Positions 17,604 to 26,951 of a stretch of 64,000 nucleotides of DNA are shown here, piece by piece. Both the position numbers and the translations under genes were made by a program. The DNA is from Candidatus Calditenuis fumarioli (GTDB lineage: Archaea > Thermoproteota > Nitrososphaeria_A > Caldarchaeales > Calditenuaceae): positions 321,441 through 385,440 of the forward strand of contig JANVYR010000002.1 in assembly GCA_030059665.1 (NCBI GenBank), read 5' to 3'. How positions within the stretch are numbered: position 1 is the first letter of the stretch; every line of letters begins with the position of its first letter. The notes beneath the pieces are model-generated. The model saw nothing but the letters and a program-made list of their open reading frames with translations, was not told where the DNA came from and made no database searches.

Positions 17604-18205
17604 GCGACGGAACCTCCGAGGGCCGCCACCAGGACCGCTGCGACAAGAATTATCAGTGTTGACGCATCACCCTGTTGCGCCGTAGTCGCCGTAACTCCCC
17701 CCATGGTTAACGCGATCGTCGTCGTTAGGGTTACGGTGTCCATCCGCTCGGTCCAGGTGACCGTCGAGGTCTCCTTAGGTCTGACGACGATGGTGGCCTC
17801 CTGGCCGCGCTCACGATGACTCTGCCCGAAGGGCGGAGCGACGCTGCAGTAGTACTTGAACTCGCCGGGGTAGTTGGCGACGAACTCGATCACCTGCTCC
17901 TGCCCCCTCGAGAGCCTCCTGCTCCTGACGTCGTACGGCGACGGCGAGTTGGCGTCGAGCGTGAAGTCGTGGACGATCGGGCCCGAGCCGTTTCCTATCA
18001 GCCTGATCCTGATCGTGTCGCCCTGGTCAACCACCAGCGTCGGCCCTCCCCTCGTGGCGTTGAAGCCGTAGTCGTTCAGGTAGAGCGTGAAGGTCCTGAC
18101 GGTCTGTGCGTGTGCGTCAGGTGCGAGGAGCAGCAACGACGTGAGGACGAGCACCAGCGCTCCGAAGCCGTAGATCACTCTCATCAACCACTGCACGCCC
18201 AGCAT
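17573..18205 (-). CDS. Cupredoxin-like copper protein with N-terminal signal/TM and C-terminal TM
   Basis: Ligand-like pattern HDFTLD...YYCSVAPPFGQSHRERGQ. ATG at 18205 is chosen so the gene does not overlap tRNA-Val. Confidence 0.5.
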   Translation of the reverse strand: MLGVQWLMRVIYGFGALVLVLTSLLLLAPDAHAQTVRTFTLYLNDYGFNATRGGPTLVVDQGDTIRIRLIGNGSGPIVHDFTLDANSPSPYDVRSRRLSRGQEQVIEFVANYPGEFKYYCSVAPPFGQSHRERGQEATIVVRPKETSTVTWTERMDTVTLTTTIALTMGGVTATTAQQGDASTLIILVAAVLVAALGGSVAWALRRRSRR

Positions 18206-18265
18206 CCGAGAGAAATACGTTGCGAACAAATCGTCTGGTGCGCTTTGTATCGAGAAAGGCATCCA

Positions 18266-18337
18266 TGGGGCCGGTGGGAATCGAACCCACGACCTCCGCC
18301 GCGTCAAGGCGGCGTCATACCACTAGACCACGGCCCC
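18266..18337 (-). tRNA. tRNA-Val (anticodon GAC)
   Basis: GGGGCCG TG GTCT AGTGGTA TGAC G CCGCC TTGACGC GGCGG AGGTC GTGGG TTCGATT CCCAC CGGCCCC A. Confidence 0.85.
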
Positions 18338-18360
18338 TGCAACACCGTTGGGCAGCTCCC

Positions 18361-18370
18361 ATTATTTATC
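18361..18370 (-). promoter_or_regulatory. TATA box (GATAAATAAT) upstream of tRNA-Val
   Basis: Lies 24-33 nt upstream of the tRNA 5' end. Confidence 0.35.
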
Positions 18371-18407
18371 GGTCATCGGGTGGCAGGGCTAACATACCGA
18401 AGGCGCG

Positions 18408-19250
18408 CTACTCCTCGGCCTCGATCCGGCCGCTCTCGTACGTCCCCAGCACCTTGAGGAACAGGGTCCTCGAAGCCAGCTCAGCCAGCGCCTCCCGTAC
18501 CCTCTCGTCCCGGGAATCGCCCTCGAAGTCGACGAAGAAGTAGTACTGCCAGGGCCTTGCCCTTGTGGGACGCGACTCGATCTTGGTCAGGTTGATCTCC
18601 CTCACCGCGAAGGGCTCGAGGGCCCTGAACAGCGCACCAGCCCTGTGCGGCACCGAGAAGATCACCGAGGTCTTCGGCCTCCTCGGCGTCCCCAAAGCCT
18701 CCCTGCCCATCACCAGGAATCTGGTGTAGTTCCTGCCGTAGTCCTCTATCCCTTTCGCGAGGACCTTCATCCCGTAGATTGTTGCGGCCCGCTCGCTCGC
18801 TATCGCCGCGTTGGACCTGTCGCCCATCTCCTTGACGAGCTTGACCGCGCCGGCCGTGTCGTACGTGCTGACGGGTTCGAAGCCCATCATCGTGATGTAA
18901 GCCCTGCACTGGGCCAGCGCCTGGGGGTGCGAGTAGACCCGCCTGATGTCGGAGAGCTCCGCGCCCTCCAGCCCTATCAGGCAGTGGACCACCCTCACGT
19001 AGACCTCACCGACGACCCTCAGCCCCGAGGAGAGGAGAAGGTCGTACGTCTCCCCCACGCCGCCCTCTATGCTGTTCTCGATGGGAACCACGCCGTAGTC
19101 GGCGGCACCGGCCTCGACCGCGGTGAAGACCGAGAGGAGCGACCTCATCGGCACCGGCTCGAAGCCCTGTCCGAAGAACTTCGCAGCCGCCTCCTCGCTG
19201 TACGATCCGAGCTCGCCCTGGAATGCGACCCTCAGCTTCGCGGAGCTCAC
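18408..19250 (-). CDS. pheA: Prephenate dehydratase with ACT domain
   Basis: PDT core and the ACT motif TKIESRPTR. A GTG start at 19250 overlaps the stop of the upstream gene, forming GTGA. Confidence 0.85.
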   Translation of the reverse strand: MSSAKLRVAFQGELGSYSEEAAAKFFGQGFEPVPMRSLLSVFTAVEAGAADYGVVPIENSIEGGVGETYDLLLSSGLRVVGEVYVRVVHCLIGLEGAELSDIRRVYSHPQALAQCRAYITMMGFEPVSTYDTAGAVKLVKEMGDRSNAAIASERAATIYGMKVLAKGIEDYGRNYTRFLVMGREALGTPRRPKTSVIFSVPHRAGALFRALEPFAVREINLTKIESRPTRARPWQYYFFVDFEGDSRDERVREALAELASRTLFLKVLGTYESGRIEAEE

Positions 19251-20158
19251 CGCCTGGCCTCCCTCAGCTTCCTCGTCAGAACCGGAAGGAACTGGTACAG
19301 ATCTGCCACGACCGAGTAGTCCGCCTCCTTGTGTATGGGAGCGTTGGGGTCGTTGTTGATCGCCACGATCACCTTTGACCTCCGGATCCCGACGACGTGC
19401 TGCATCTGACCCGATATCCCGATGGCCAGGTAGAGCTTGGGGCTGACCCACTTCCCCGAGAGCCCGATGTGCCTGTCCTCCGGGAGCCACTTCAGGTCTC
19501 CGGCGATCGGCCTGCTGCACCCAATCTCCGCTCCCAGCACCTGTGCCAGCTCCTCCGCCAACCTCAGGTCCTCCTTCTTCTTGAATCCGCGGCCGACGGA
19601 GACGATCACCTCGGCCTTCGTCAAATCCGCCGCGCTCCTCTCGATCGGCCTCACCTCCTTCAGCTCTCCGTTCACGGGCCCGTTCACCTCGACCTCCCTC
19701 ACCTCAATCCCGGCCCCGGATCCCACCTCCTGCGGCGCGACCCTTCCGGGCATCAGCGTGGCGAAGACCGGGAACGCGTCGGCCTCCACCGTCGCAGCGT
19801 ACCCGCCTCCCAGGACGAGCCTCGTGGCCCTGACAACCCCGCCCTCGACCTTCAGCTCGAGGCAGTCGGTGATGAACGGTGCACCGAGGGAATGCGCGGC
19901 CCTCGCGAAGGCCTCCCTGACGCTCTTCGACGCCATCGAGAGCACCAGCTCAGCACCCTCCTCCCTCGTGAGCGCAGCGATCGCACCCGCCAGCGCCCTC
20001 GGGTCCCTGGTCCTCCCCTTCAGGACTATTGCTCTGACGGCCCCGTACCTCGCGAGCTCGTCCACCTTCGCCCCCTCGTGGGCCACGACGGCGACGACCT
20101 CATCGGCTATCGACCTGGATGCGGTGATCAGCTCCGGCCCCTCCTGCTCGGACGTCAC
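19247..20158 (-). CDS. etfA: Electron transfer flavoprotein alpha subunit (EtfA/FixB), no EtfB adjacent
   Basis: C-terminal FAD domain YLAIGISGQMQHVVG. GTG start is preceded by GGGGGTGA. Confidence 0.85.
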   Translation of the reverse strand: MTSEQEGPELITASRSIADEVVAVVAHEGAKVDELARYGAVRAIVLKGRTRDPRALAGAIAALTREEGAELVLSMASKSVREAFARAAHSLGAPFITDCLELKVEGGVVRATRLVLGGGYAATVEADAFPVFATLMPGRVAPQEVGSGAGIEVREVEVNGPVNGELKEVRPIERSAADLTKAEVIVSVGRGFKKKEDLRLAEELAQVLGAEIGCSRPIAGDLKWLPEDRHIGLSGKWVSPKLYLAIGISGQMQHVVGIRRSKVIVAINNDPNAPIHKEADYSVVADLYQFLPVLTRKLREARR

Positions 20159-20182
20159 GACCGCCAGCGCCCTCAGAACCTT

Positions 20183-20992
20183 TCACCCCCTCGCCGGTGC
20201 GAGCGCGACCGGCCTTATCAGGGAACCGGTGGCACCGATGATCTTGAGGGGGGCGACTATCAGTATCGACTCGTACTGACGGTCCCTCGCCAGCTCCTCG
20301 AGGTAGAGGCTCTTCATCACGTGGATGCCGTGGTCGACGAGGAACATCAGGTGGACGTTGAAGGGCTTAGGAACCGCCATGGCCAGGTTGTCTATCCCGA
20401 AGAGCGAGGGGGACCTGCCGATGATCCAGGAGGCGCTGGACTCGTTGATCCCCGCGAAGTCGTGGAGGTACTTCTCCTTGTCCGTGGTGAAGAACTTGGA
20501 GTAACCGGTCCTCACCAGAATCGCATCTCCCGGCCTGATCTCGACGCCCTCCCACCTCGCTGCCCCCTCGAGGTCCTCCGGCGTGATCTCGTACCTCTCC
20601 GGCAGCGGGTCCTTGCCCTTGTAACCAGCCACGTCGAGCAGCACGGCCCTCCTCACGAAGATCGGTATCTCCTCGGCGCCGTACCTCTTGTAGCCGGTGT
20701 GGGAGGCGATCTCGGCCGCGTCCACGTCCCTGTAGAGCTTGCCGTTCCTCGCCATGTGGCACAACGCGTCGATGTGCGTGCCGGAGTGCATGCTGGTCAC
20801 CACGAGCTCCATCGAGTCCGAGAAGCCCGGTGCGACCTTCTCGAAGATCCTCCGGGTGAACGGATGGTACCGGTAGATCACCATGCTGAACGGCGGGTCC
20901 TCCGGGTGGACGGGCATGCCGTTGAAGTAGGGCTGGCCGAGGTCGTACACCTTCAGGGACGTCACTTGTCTGATCAGGTCTGCGAAGCTCAT
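20183..20992 (-). CDS. Cyclase family protein (kynurenine formamidase-like)
   Basis: HSGTHIDALCH motif; 269 aa. Confidence 0.75.
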   Translation of the reverse strand: MSFADLIRQVTSLKVYDLGQPYFNGMPVHPEDPPFSMVIYRYHPFTRRIFEKVAPGFSDSMELVVTSMHSGTHIDALCHMARNGKLYRDVDAAEIASHTGYKRYGAEEIPIFVRRAVLLDVAGYKGKDPLPERYEITPEDLEGAARWEGVEIRPGDAILVRTGYSKFFTTDKEKYLHDFAGINESSASWIIGRSPSLFGIDNLAMAVPKPFNVHLMFLVDHGIHVMKSLYLEELARDRQYESILIVAPLKIIGATGSLIRPVALAPARG

Positions 20993-21062
20993 GCGTCCTC
21001 TAAACGGTGGACTCTTCTAATAAATGACTCCCAGCGCTGGGAGGCGAGATGGGAAAGGGCAA

Positions 21063-22241
21063 TCAGGCAAAGGGTTGGTGCCGCTCGCTCACCCGCAGGC
21101 GGGCCAGCTGCCTCCTCAGCTCCTCCATCGATCTCAAAACCTCCCTCGTCGGCCTCGAGTAGACGTCCTCCAGAATCACCTCAGGCTCAATCTCCGGCTC
21201 CTTGAGGACCTGCTCGATCTCGGCGTTCAGCCGCTCCTCGACCTGAGCGACGTAGGCGCGCTCCTCGTCCTCGCTCCAGAGGCCTCGCTCCATCAGGTAG
21301 GCCCTCGTGCGCCGCAGGGGATCAAGCTCCCTCCACCTTTTCACCTCGTCCTCAGACCTGTAGACCCTGGGATTGTCTACGGTCGTGTGCGGCCCCAACC
21401 TGTACGTCAGCGCCTCCACCAGGAACGGGGTGTGCTCGCTCCTCGACCTCTCCACGAGAACCGACGTGACGTGTTTCACCGCCACGACGTCGTTACCGTC
21501 GACCCGGTACCAGTCGATGCCGTACGCGGCTCCCTTCTCGGCGATGGTGGGGGATGACGTCTGACGCTCCACTGGCAGCGATATGGCGTACCTGTTGTTC
21601 TGGCAGAAGAAGACCGCCGGGACGCCGAGCACCCCAGCCATGTTCAGCCCCTCGTGGAAGTCTCCCTTCGAGGTCGCGCCGTCGCCGAGGTACGTCAGGA
21701 CCACCTCCCCTGCCCCCCTCAGCTTGATGCCCCACGCTAGCCCCACCGCTACAGAGGTCATGATGCCCACCGCGCCAGCAGGCATGAGGATCCTGTACCT
21801 CCTGCTGCCGTAGAGGGTAAGCTCGTGACCCTTCACCGGGTCGCCCCTCCTCACCACGAGCCTCAGCAGCAGCTCCCGAACCGGAACGCCGCGTGCCAGG
21901 AAGACCGCGTACTCCCGGTACGTGGGCACGATCCAGTCGACGTCCCTCAGCGCCTTCGCGCTCCCGACCATGGAGGCCTCCTGCCCCTCGAAGGGAGCGT
22001 ACCTCGAGAAGGCCCCGAGGGGGTGGACCCGCTGGATCCAGCGGTCGAAGGTCCTGCAGAGGAGCATCAACCTGTGCAGCTCGAGTATCTCCTCGTCCCT
22101 AAGGGGAGGCTCAGCGACGGCCCTACCCGAGGGGTCGAGGAACCTGATGGGCTCCCGCTTCTCCCGGAGGGAACTCCTTCCGAAGAGGTCCGGAAGGGTC
22201 TCCGAGGGCCCACCGGGGGCCCTCCAGTCCGGATCGATCAC
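21063..22241 (-). CDS. 2-oxoacid dehydrogenase E1 component alpha subunit (TPP-dependent), no beta subunit adjacent
   Basis: TPP-binding motif YLGDGATSKGDFHEGLNMAG. A GTG start overlaps the FAH stop, forming GTGA. Confidence 0.85.
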   Translation of the reverse strand: MIDPDWRAPGGPSETLPDLFGRSSLREKREPIRFLDPSGRAVAEPPLRDEEILELHRLMLLCRTFDRWIQRVHPLGAFSRYAPFEGQEASMVGSAKALRDVDWIVPTYREYAVFLARGVPVRELLLRLVVRRGDPVKGHELTLYGSRRYRILMPAGAVGIMTSVAVGLAWGIKLRGAGEVVLTYLGDGATSKGDFHEGLNMAGVLGVPAVFFCQNNRYAISLPVERQTSSPTIAEKGAAYGIDWYRVDGNDVVAVKHVTSVLVERSRSEHTPFLVEALTYRLGPHTTVDNPRVYRSEDEVKRWRELDPLRRTRAYLMERGLWSEDEERAYVAQVEERLNAEIEQVLKEPEIEPEVILEDVYSRPTREVLRSMEELRRQLARLRVSERHQPFA

Positions 22242-23260
22242 CCCTCCTCCCTCACGACCGGGTTCCTCATCGTCCCGATCCGCTCCACGAAGGACTCCAC
22301 CACGTCTCCGGGCTTGAGGTAGTAAAGGTGCGGGTTCTCCCTGAAGGCAGCCACACCGCTGATCGTCCCTGTGGTTATGATGTCTCCCGGCTCGAGCGTC
22401 ACCCAGGAGTACCTGCTGATGATCTGCTCCATCCTCACCGAGAGCCTCGACGTGCTCCCCGACTGCCGGACCTCGCCGTTCACCCGCAGCTCCATCCTGA
22501 GGTTGTGCGGGTCCGGTATCTCGTCCTTCGTGACCAGGTATGGACCCATGGGAGCGAAGGTGTCAAGGTTCTTCCCGAAGTTGAGCAGGCCGTTCTTCAT
22601 CTCCTCCCGCTGTATGTCCCGCGCGGTCACGTCGTTGAAGACCATGAAGCCCGCAACGTGGTCGAATGCCTTCGACTCGCTGATGTACTTCCCCCTCTTG
22701 CCTATCACGATGGCCACCTCCAGCTCGTAGTCCAGCTCCTTCACGAACTTCGGGTAGACTATTGGGTCGAAGGGGCCTATCACGGAGCTCGGGCTCTTCA
22801 GGAAGGAGATCCACTGGGGTATCGGGAAGGGCCATCCGGCCTTCTCGGCCTCCTGCGCGTGCTCCCTGAAGTTCCCCGCGGTGTGGACGATCTTAGGCGG
22901 CCTCGGTATGGGAGCCTTGAGCCTCACCTCGCTCTGCCTGAAGGTCACCCTCGCACCCGAGATGCCCACCAGCGGCTCGTTGCTCCTCAGCCTCCTCCGG
23001 GCCTCCTCCAGCACCGACCTCGCAGCCTCCTCAGCCCTCCTCCCCCTCCTGAGATAGCCCAGGACCGTCGGCGGCAGCAGCGCGTCCGCGAGGATCTGCG
23101 GGTCCTCCTCTCCCTGCTCCTCGAGCATCCTCGCGAAGAACGCATTCGCGTCGAGGATCAGCGGGTCATCGCCATCTGCCAGCAACAGCCCCAACCGCTC
23201 TTCGCCCGTGAACGGGTTCACGAAGGTCGCCAGCTTCACGTACTCACACCGCAACCCCAT
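22238..23260 (-). CDS. Fumarylacetoacetate hydrolase (FAH) family protein
   Basis: FAH fold (GTISGV, metal-binding E/D). ATG at 23260 (MGLRCEYVKLATF). Confidence 0.8.
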   Translation of the reverse strand: MGLRCEYVKLATFVNPFTGEERLGLLLADGDDPLILDANAFFARMLEEQGEEDPQILADALLPPTVLGYLRRGRRAEEAARSVLEEARRRLRSNEPLVGISGARVTFRQSEVRLKAPIPRPPKIVHTAGNFREHAQEAEKAGWPFPIPQWISFLKSPSSVIGPFDPIVYPKFVKELDYELEVAIVIGKRGKYISESKAFDHVAGFMVFNDVTARDIQREEMKNGLLNFGKNLDTFAPMGPYLVTKDEIPDPHNLRMELRVNGEVRQSGSTSRLSVRMEQIISRYSWVTLEPGDIITTGTISGVAAFRENPHLYYLKPGDVVESFVERIGTMRNPVVREEG

Positions 23261-23512
23261 GAAATAAAAATTACCGCGAACGGCGGACTCCGAGCGCATG
23301 CGCAGGCCTGATCGTGATCGCACGCCCGAAGGCTCAGCTCGATCGGAAATTGGGCTCCATCACTCGTTCTACACACTTGAAACGATCATCAGGACTTGAC
23401 TTTTCAATTTGTGAAGGTTTCGTTACGGTCCTCAGAACGGGTCGTGAGCGGTGCCGAAAGCGCCGAGCTCCCCAATCAATTCTTTAGGTCGGACTCAGAA
23501 AGAAAACATGCG

Positions 23513-24319
23513 ATGCAGGCTGCAACTCAGTACAAGAACATCCTCTACGAGGAGAGGCCGGAGGACAAGGTGGCCGTCATCACCTTCAACAGGCCCGAGG
23601 CCAGGAACGCGATGAGCAGCGGCATGCTGATCGAGTTCTACGACGCGCTGAAGAGGGCCGCCGACAACCCCAACGTCTGGGTAATCATCGTGACCGGTGC
23701 TGGCGACAAGGCCTTCTGCTCCGGCGGCGACGCGAAGGAGTTCCTCGCCAACGTCGAGGCCCAGAGGTACTCCGAGATCGAGAAGTTCAACCGGCTCAAC
23801 CTCGACGTCTGGAGGTTCATGGAGAAGATGAGGAAGCCCATAATCGCCGCGGTGAACGGGTACTGCAACATCGAGACGATCCAGGCCGTGGACATCGTGA
23901 TCGCCAGCGAGAAGGCGATGTTCGGGTTGCCAGAGGTGACAATCGGTGTGAGCCCCGGCGCCGGCATAACCATCAGGCTCCCGAAAACCCTCAGCAAGTA
24001 CTGGGTGAAGTACCTCCTCTTCACCGGAGAGTGGATAAGCGCGCAGGAGGCCTACAGGCTCGGGCTCGTCAACAAGGTTGTGCCGCACGAGAAGCTGATG
24101 GAGGAGGCCCTCGCCCTCGCCAGGAAGATAGCGAAGAACGCTCCGCTCGCGGTGGGCGCCGCCAAGGCGTGCGTCAACGCCGGCTCCGAGATGCCGATCG
24201 ATGCGGGCATAGAGTTCCAGCTGCGCGAGTCTATGGCGATGTTCTACACGGAGGACCTGAAGGAGGGAATCAGGGCCAGACTGATCGAGAAGCGCGAGCC
24301 CGTCTTCAAGGGCAGGTAG
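23513..24319 (+). CDS. Enoyl-CoA hydratase/isomerase (crotonase) family
   Basis: GAGDKAFCSGGD motif, oxyanion hole. Confidence 0.85.
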   Translation: MQAATQYKNILYEERPEDKVAVITFNRPEARNAMSSGMLIEFYDALKRAADNPNVWVIIVTGAGDKAFCSGGDAKEFLANVEAQRYSEIEKFNRLNLDVWRFMEKMRKPIIAAVNGYCNIETIQAVDIVIASEKAMFGLPEVTIGVSPGAGITIRLPKTLSKYWVKYLLFTGEWISAQEAYRLGLVNKVVPHEKLMEEALALARKIAKNAPLAVGAAKACVNAGSEMPIDAGIEFQLRESMAMFYTEDLKEGIRARLIEKREPVFKGR

Positions 24320-24324
24320 CCCGC

Positions 24325-25110
24325 TCATTTTCCCCTGAAGTTCGGCCTCCTTTTTTCCAGGAACGCCCTCATCCCCTCGAGCCTGTCCTCCGTCGACCAG
24401 ACGAACTGGAACAGCTCCCTCTCGTAGGCGAGGCCCTGTGAGAGCGGGGTCTCGAGGGCTGCGTTGATGGCCAGCTTGGCGGCGTAGAGGTGAACTGGGC
24501 TACGCTCGAGCAGATCGCCGATGACGCCCCTCACCACCTCCTCGAGCTTCTCCGGCTCGTCCACAAGCTCCGCTACGACGCCGACCCTCCACGCCTCCTC
24601 CGCAGGGAAGAGCTTGCTCCTGAGGACCGCGTTCTTGGCGAAGTGGACGCCCGCTGCCCTGGTGAGGCGCTGGGTCCCACCACCTCCTGGGATGAGGCCA
24701 ACCCTGAGCTCCGGCAGACCGAAGACGGCCCTCCGCGTGGCAACTATGACGTCGCACGCCAGCGCCAGCTCGAACCCTCCACCGAGGCAGTAACCGTCGA
24801 CCGCGGCTATCACTATCTTGCTCAGGTTCTGGATCGTCCAGGCGATGACCTGGGTGCCCCACCTCCTGTTGTACTCCCTTATCCCTAAAGCGTCGAGCTC
24901 GACGAACTCGGAGAGGTCCGCACCAGCGCAGAAGTTCCCGCCGGCACCGCTGATGACCACGACCCGGACGTTCTGGTCCTCATCGGCCCTCCTCAGCTCC
25001 TCGAGCAGCCTCGACCTGAGCTCCCGGTTGAGGGCGTTCCTCCTGTCGGGCCGGTTCAGCGTAAGCCAGAGGACAGGCCCCTCGCTCCGGACCAGCAGGA
25101 CCTCGCTCAA
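24325..25110 (-). CDS. Enoyl-CoA hydratase/isomerase (crotonase) family
   Basis: GAGGNFCAGADL and GGGFELALACD motifs. Confidence 0.85.
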   Translation of the reverse strand: MSEVLLVRSEGPVLWLTLNRPDRRNALNRELRSRLLEELRRADEDQNVRVVVISGAGGNFCAGADLSEFVELDALGIREYNRRWGTQVIAWTIQNLSKIVIAAVDGYCLGGGFELALACDVIVATRRAVFGLPELRVGLIPGGGGTQRLTRAAGVHFAKNAVLRSKLFPAEEAWRVGVVAELVDEPEKLEEVVRGVIGDLLERSPVHLYAAKLAINAALETPLSQGLAYERELFQFVWSTEDRLEGMRAFLEKRRPNFRGK

Positions 25111-25124
25111 TCAGATCCTCTCCG

Positions 25125-25889
25125 TCAGGCGCCGGGCATGCTGAAGCCGCCGTCGCAGAAGATCGTGTTTCCCGTCATGTGGATCGCGTCGTCGGAGGCC
25201 ACGAAGAGAACCACTGGAACTATGTCCTCCGGCTTGGCTATCCTCCTCAGCGGCGTGTGCTCTATGACCCACCTCCTCCTCTCGGGGGTCCAGTCCTTCC
25301 TCTTCAGGAGCGACTCGGTCTCCATGTATCCGGGTGCGACCGCGTTCACCCTTACCCACGGAGCCAGTGCAAGGGCGTAGGACTTGGTTATGCCGAGGAC
25401 TCCGTACTTCGCGGCCGCGTACTGAGGTGCCCTCGGGCTTCCGGTGACGACCACGTTCGATATGATGTTCACTATGCTTCCGGTCCTCCTCTCGTACATC
25501 CTCTTCCCCACCTCGTGGGTCATGTAGAGGGTTCCCTTCAGATCGAGGTTTATCGTCTCCTCTATCCACTCCTCCCTCATCTCCCTCCAGGACATCTGCT
25601 GGGCCGCGGTCTCTCCGGCGTTGTTGATCAGAACGTCTATCGGTCCGAACTCCCTCCATACTTTCTCCACCATCTCCTGGACCTCAGACCACTTCGTTAT
25701 GTCGGCCCTCGCGACGTATGCCCTCCTCCCGAGGGCCCTTATCTCCTCGGCCGTCCTCTCCGCGCCCTCCCTGTTGGTGTTGTAGTGGACCACAACGTTA
25801 GCGCCCTCCTTCGCCAGCGCTATAGCTATCAGCCTGCCGAATCCCCTGCTCGATCCTGTGACGAGGGCGTTAAGCCCCCAGAACCTCAT
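25125..25889 (-). CDS. Short-chain dehydrogenase/reductase (SDR)
   Basis: TGSSRGFG, NNAG and YAAAK motifs. ATG at 25889. Confidence 0.85.
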   Translation of the reverse strand: MRFWGLNALVTGSSRGFGRLIAIALAKEGANVVVHYNTNREGAERTAEEIRALGRRAYVARADITKWSEVQEMVEKVWREFGPIDVLINNAGETAAQQMSWREMREEWIEETINLDLKGTLYMTHEVGKRMYERRTGSIVNIISNVVVTGSPRAPQYAAAKYGVLGITKSYALALAPWVRVNAVAPGYMETESLLKRKDWTPERRRWVIEHTPLRRIAKPEDIVPVVLFVASDDAIHMTGNTIFCDGGFSMPGA

Positions 25890-26096
25890 CCCCGGCGGCG
25901 TCTCCCTCCTCTTCCTCTCGACCTCACCGACCTCCGGTTCTCCAGGAAGCCTGCCCCAGGACATGACGCACCAGCACCCGAACACTTACGTCGCACGTGA
26001 TTACCTTTCGTCCGGAAGGGCCTCACGCCGGGAACGTCAGCTGCAGATCGACGACATCGCAAACTAATATCTTAGCTGCTCGGGATACCGGACGAG

Positions 26097-26924
26097 ATGG
26101 TGCTGACCCTACAGGTCGGTGTAGGCACGCTGATAGCAGGCATCCTCATCCTCATCGTGATCCTAGCCCTCCTCTCCTCGTCCATCAAAATCGTCAAGGA
26201 GTACGAGAGGCTCGTCGTCTTCAGGCTGGGCAGGCTGATCGGGTTCAAGGGACCTGGGCTGACGTTCATCATACCCATCATCGACTCGCCGAGGATCATC
26301 GACCTCCGGATTGTGTCGCTGGACGTCCCGAAGCAGAGGATCGTGACTAAGGACAACGTTACCGTCGACGTCGATGCGGTCGTTTTCATGAGGGTGGAGG
26401 ACCCGCAGGCGGCCGTGATGAGGGTGAAGGACTACGTCATGGCCTCTAGCCTCCTGGCGATGACCACCCTCAGGGACGTGATCGGTCAGGTCGAGCTCGA
26501 CGAGCTCCTCACAAAGCGGGACGAGCTGAACCTGAGGATACAGAAGCTGCTCGACGAGGCCACCGAGCCCTGGGGCGTGAAGATCACAGCCGTCGCGATA
26601 AGGGACGTGGTTCTGCCGGCGGAGATGCAGAGGGCGATCGCGAAGCAGGCTGAGGCCGAGAGGGAGAGGAGGAGCAGGATCATCATGGCTGAGGGAGAGT
26701 ACCTCGCAGCGCAGAAGATGGCGGAGGCGGCTCAGGCTTACGCTGCCAACCCGATAGCGCTCAGGCTCAGGGAGCTCCAGACATGGGCCGAGATAGCGCG
26801 CGAGAAGAACCTCATCATCGTCACCGAGGGAGGTGCGTACGGCGGGCTGCTGGCGACAACCCTCGGCGCGAGCCTCCAGACCACCGGCAGGGGGAGGGGG
26901 AAGGAGGCCAACGAGAAGAAGTAA
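26097..26924 (+). CDS. SPFH/band-7 (stomatin-like) protein
   Basis: N-terminal TM, band-7 core and a coiled-coil AEAERERR region. Confidence 0.85.
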   Translation: MVLTLQVGVGTLIAGILILIVILALLSSSIKIVKEYERLVVFRLGRLIGFKGPGLTFIIPIIDSPRIIDLRIVSLDVPKQRIVTKDNVTVDVDAVVFMRVEDPQAAVMRVKDYVMASSLLAMTTLRDVIGQVELDELLTKRDELNLRIQKLLDEATEPWGVKITAVAIRDVVLPAEMQRAIAKQAEAERERRSRIIMAEGEYLAAQKMAEAAQAYAANPIALRLRELQTWAEIAREKNLIIVTEGGAYGGLLATTLGASLQTTGRGRGKEANEKK

Positions 26925-26951
26925 CCCCGCGGAACGAGAAGGGAGCCGCAG

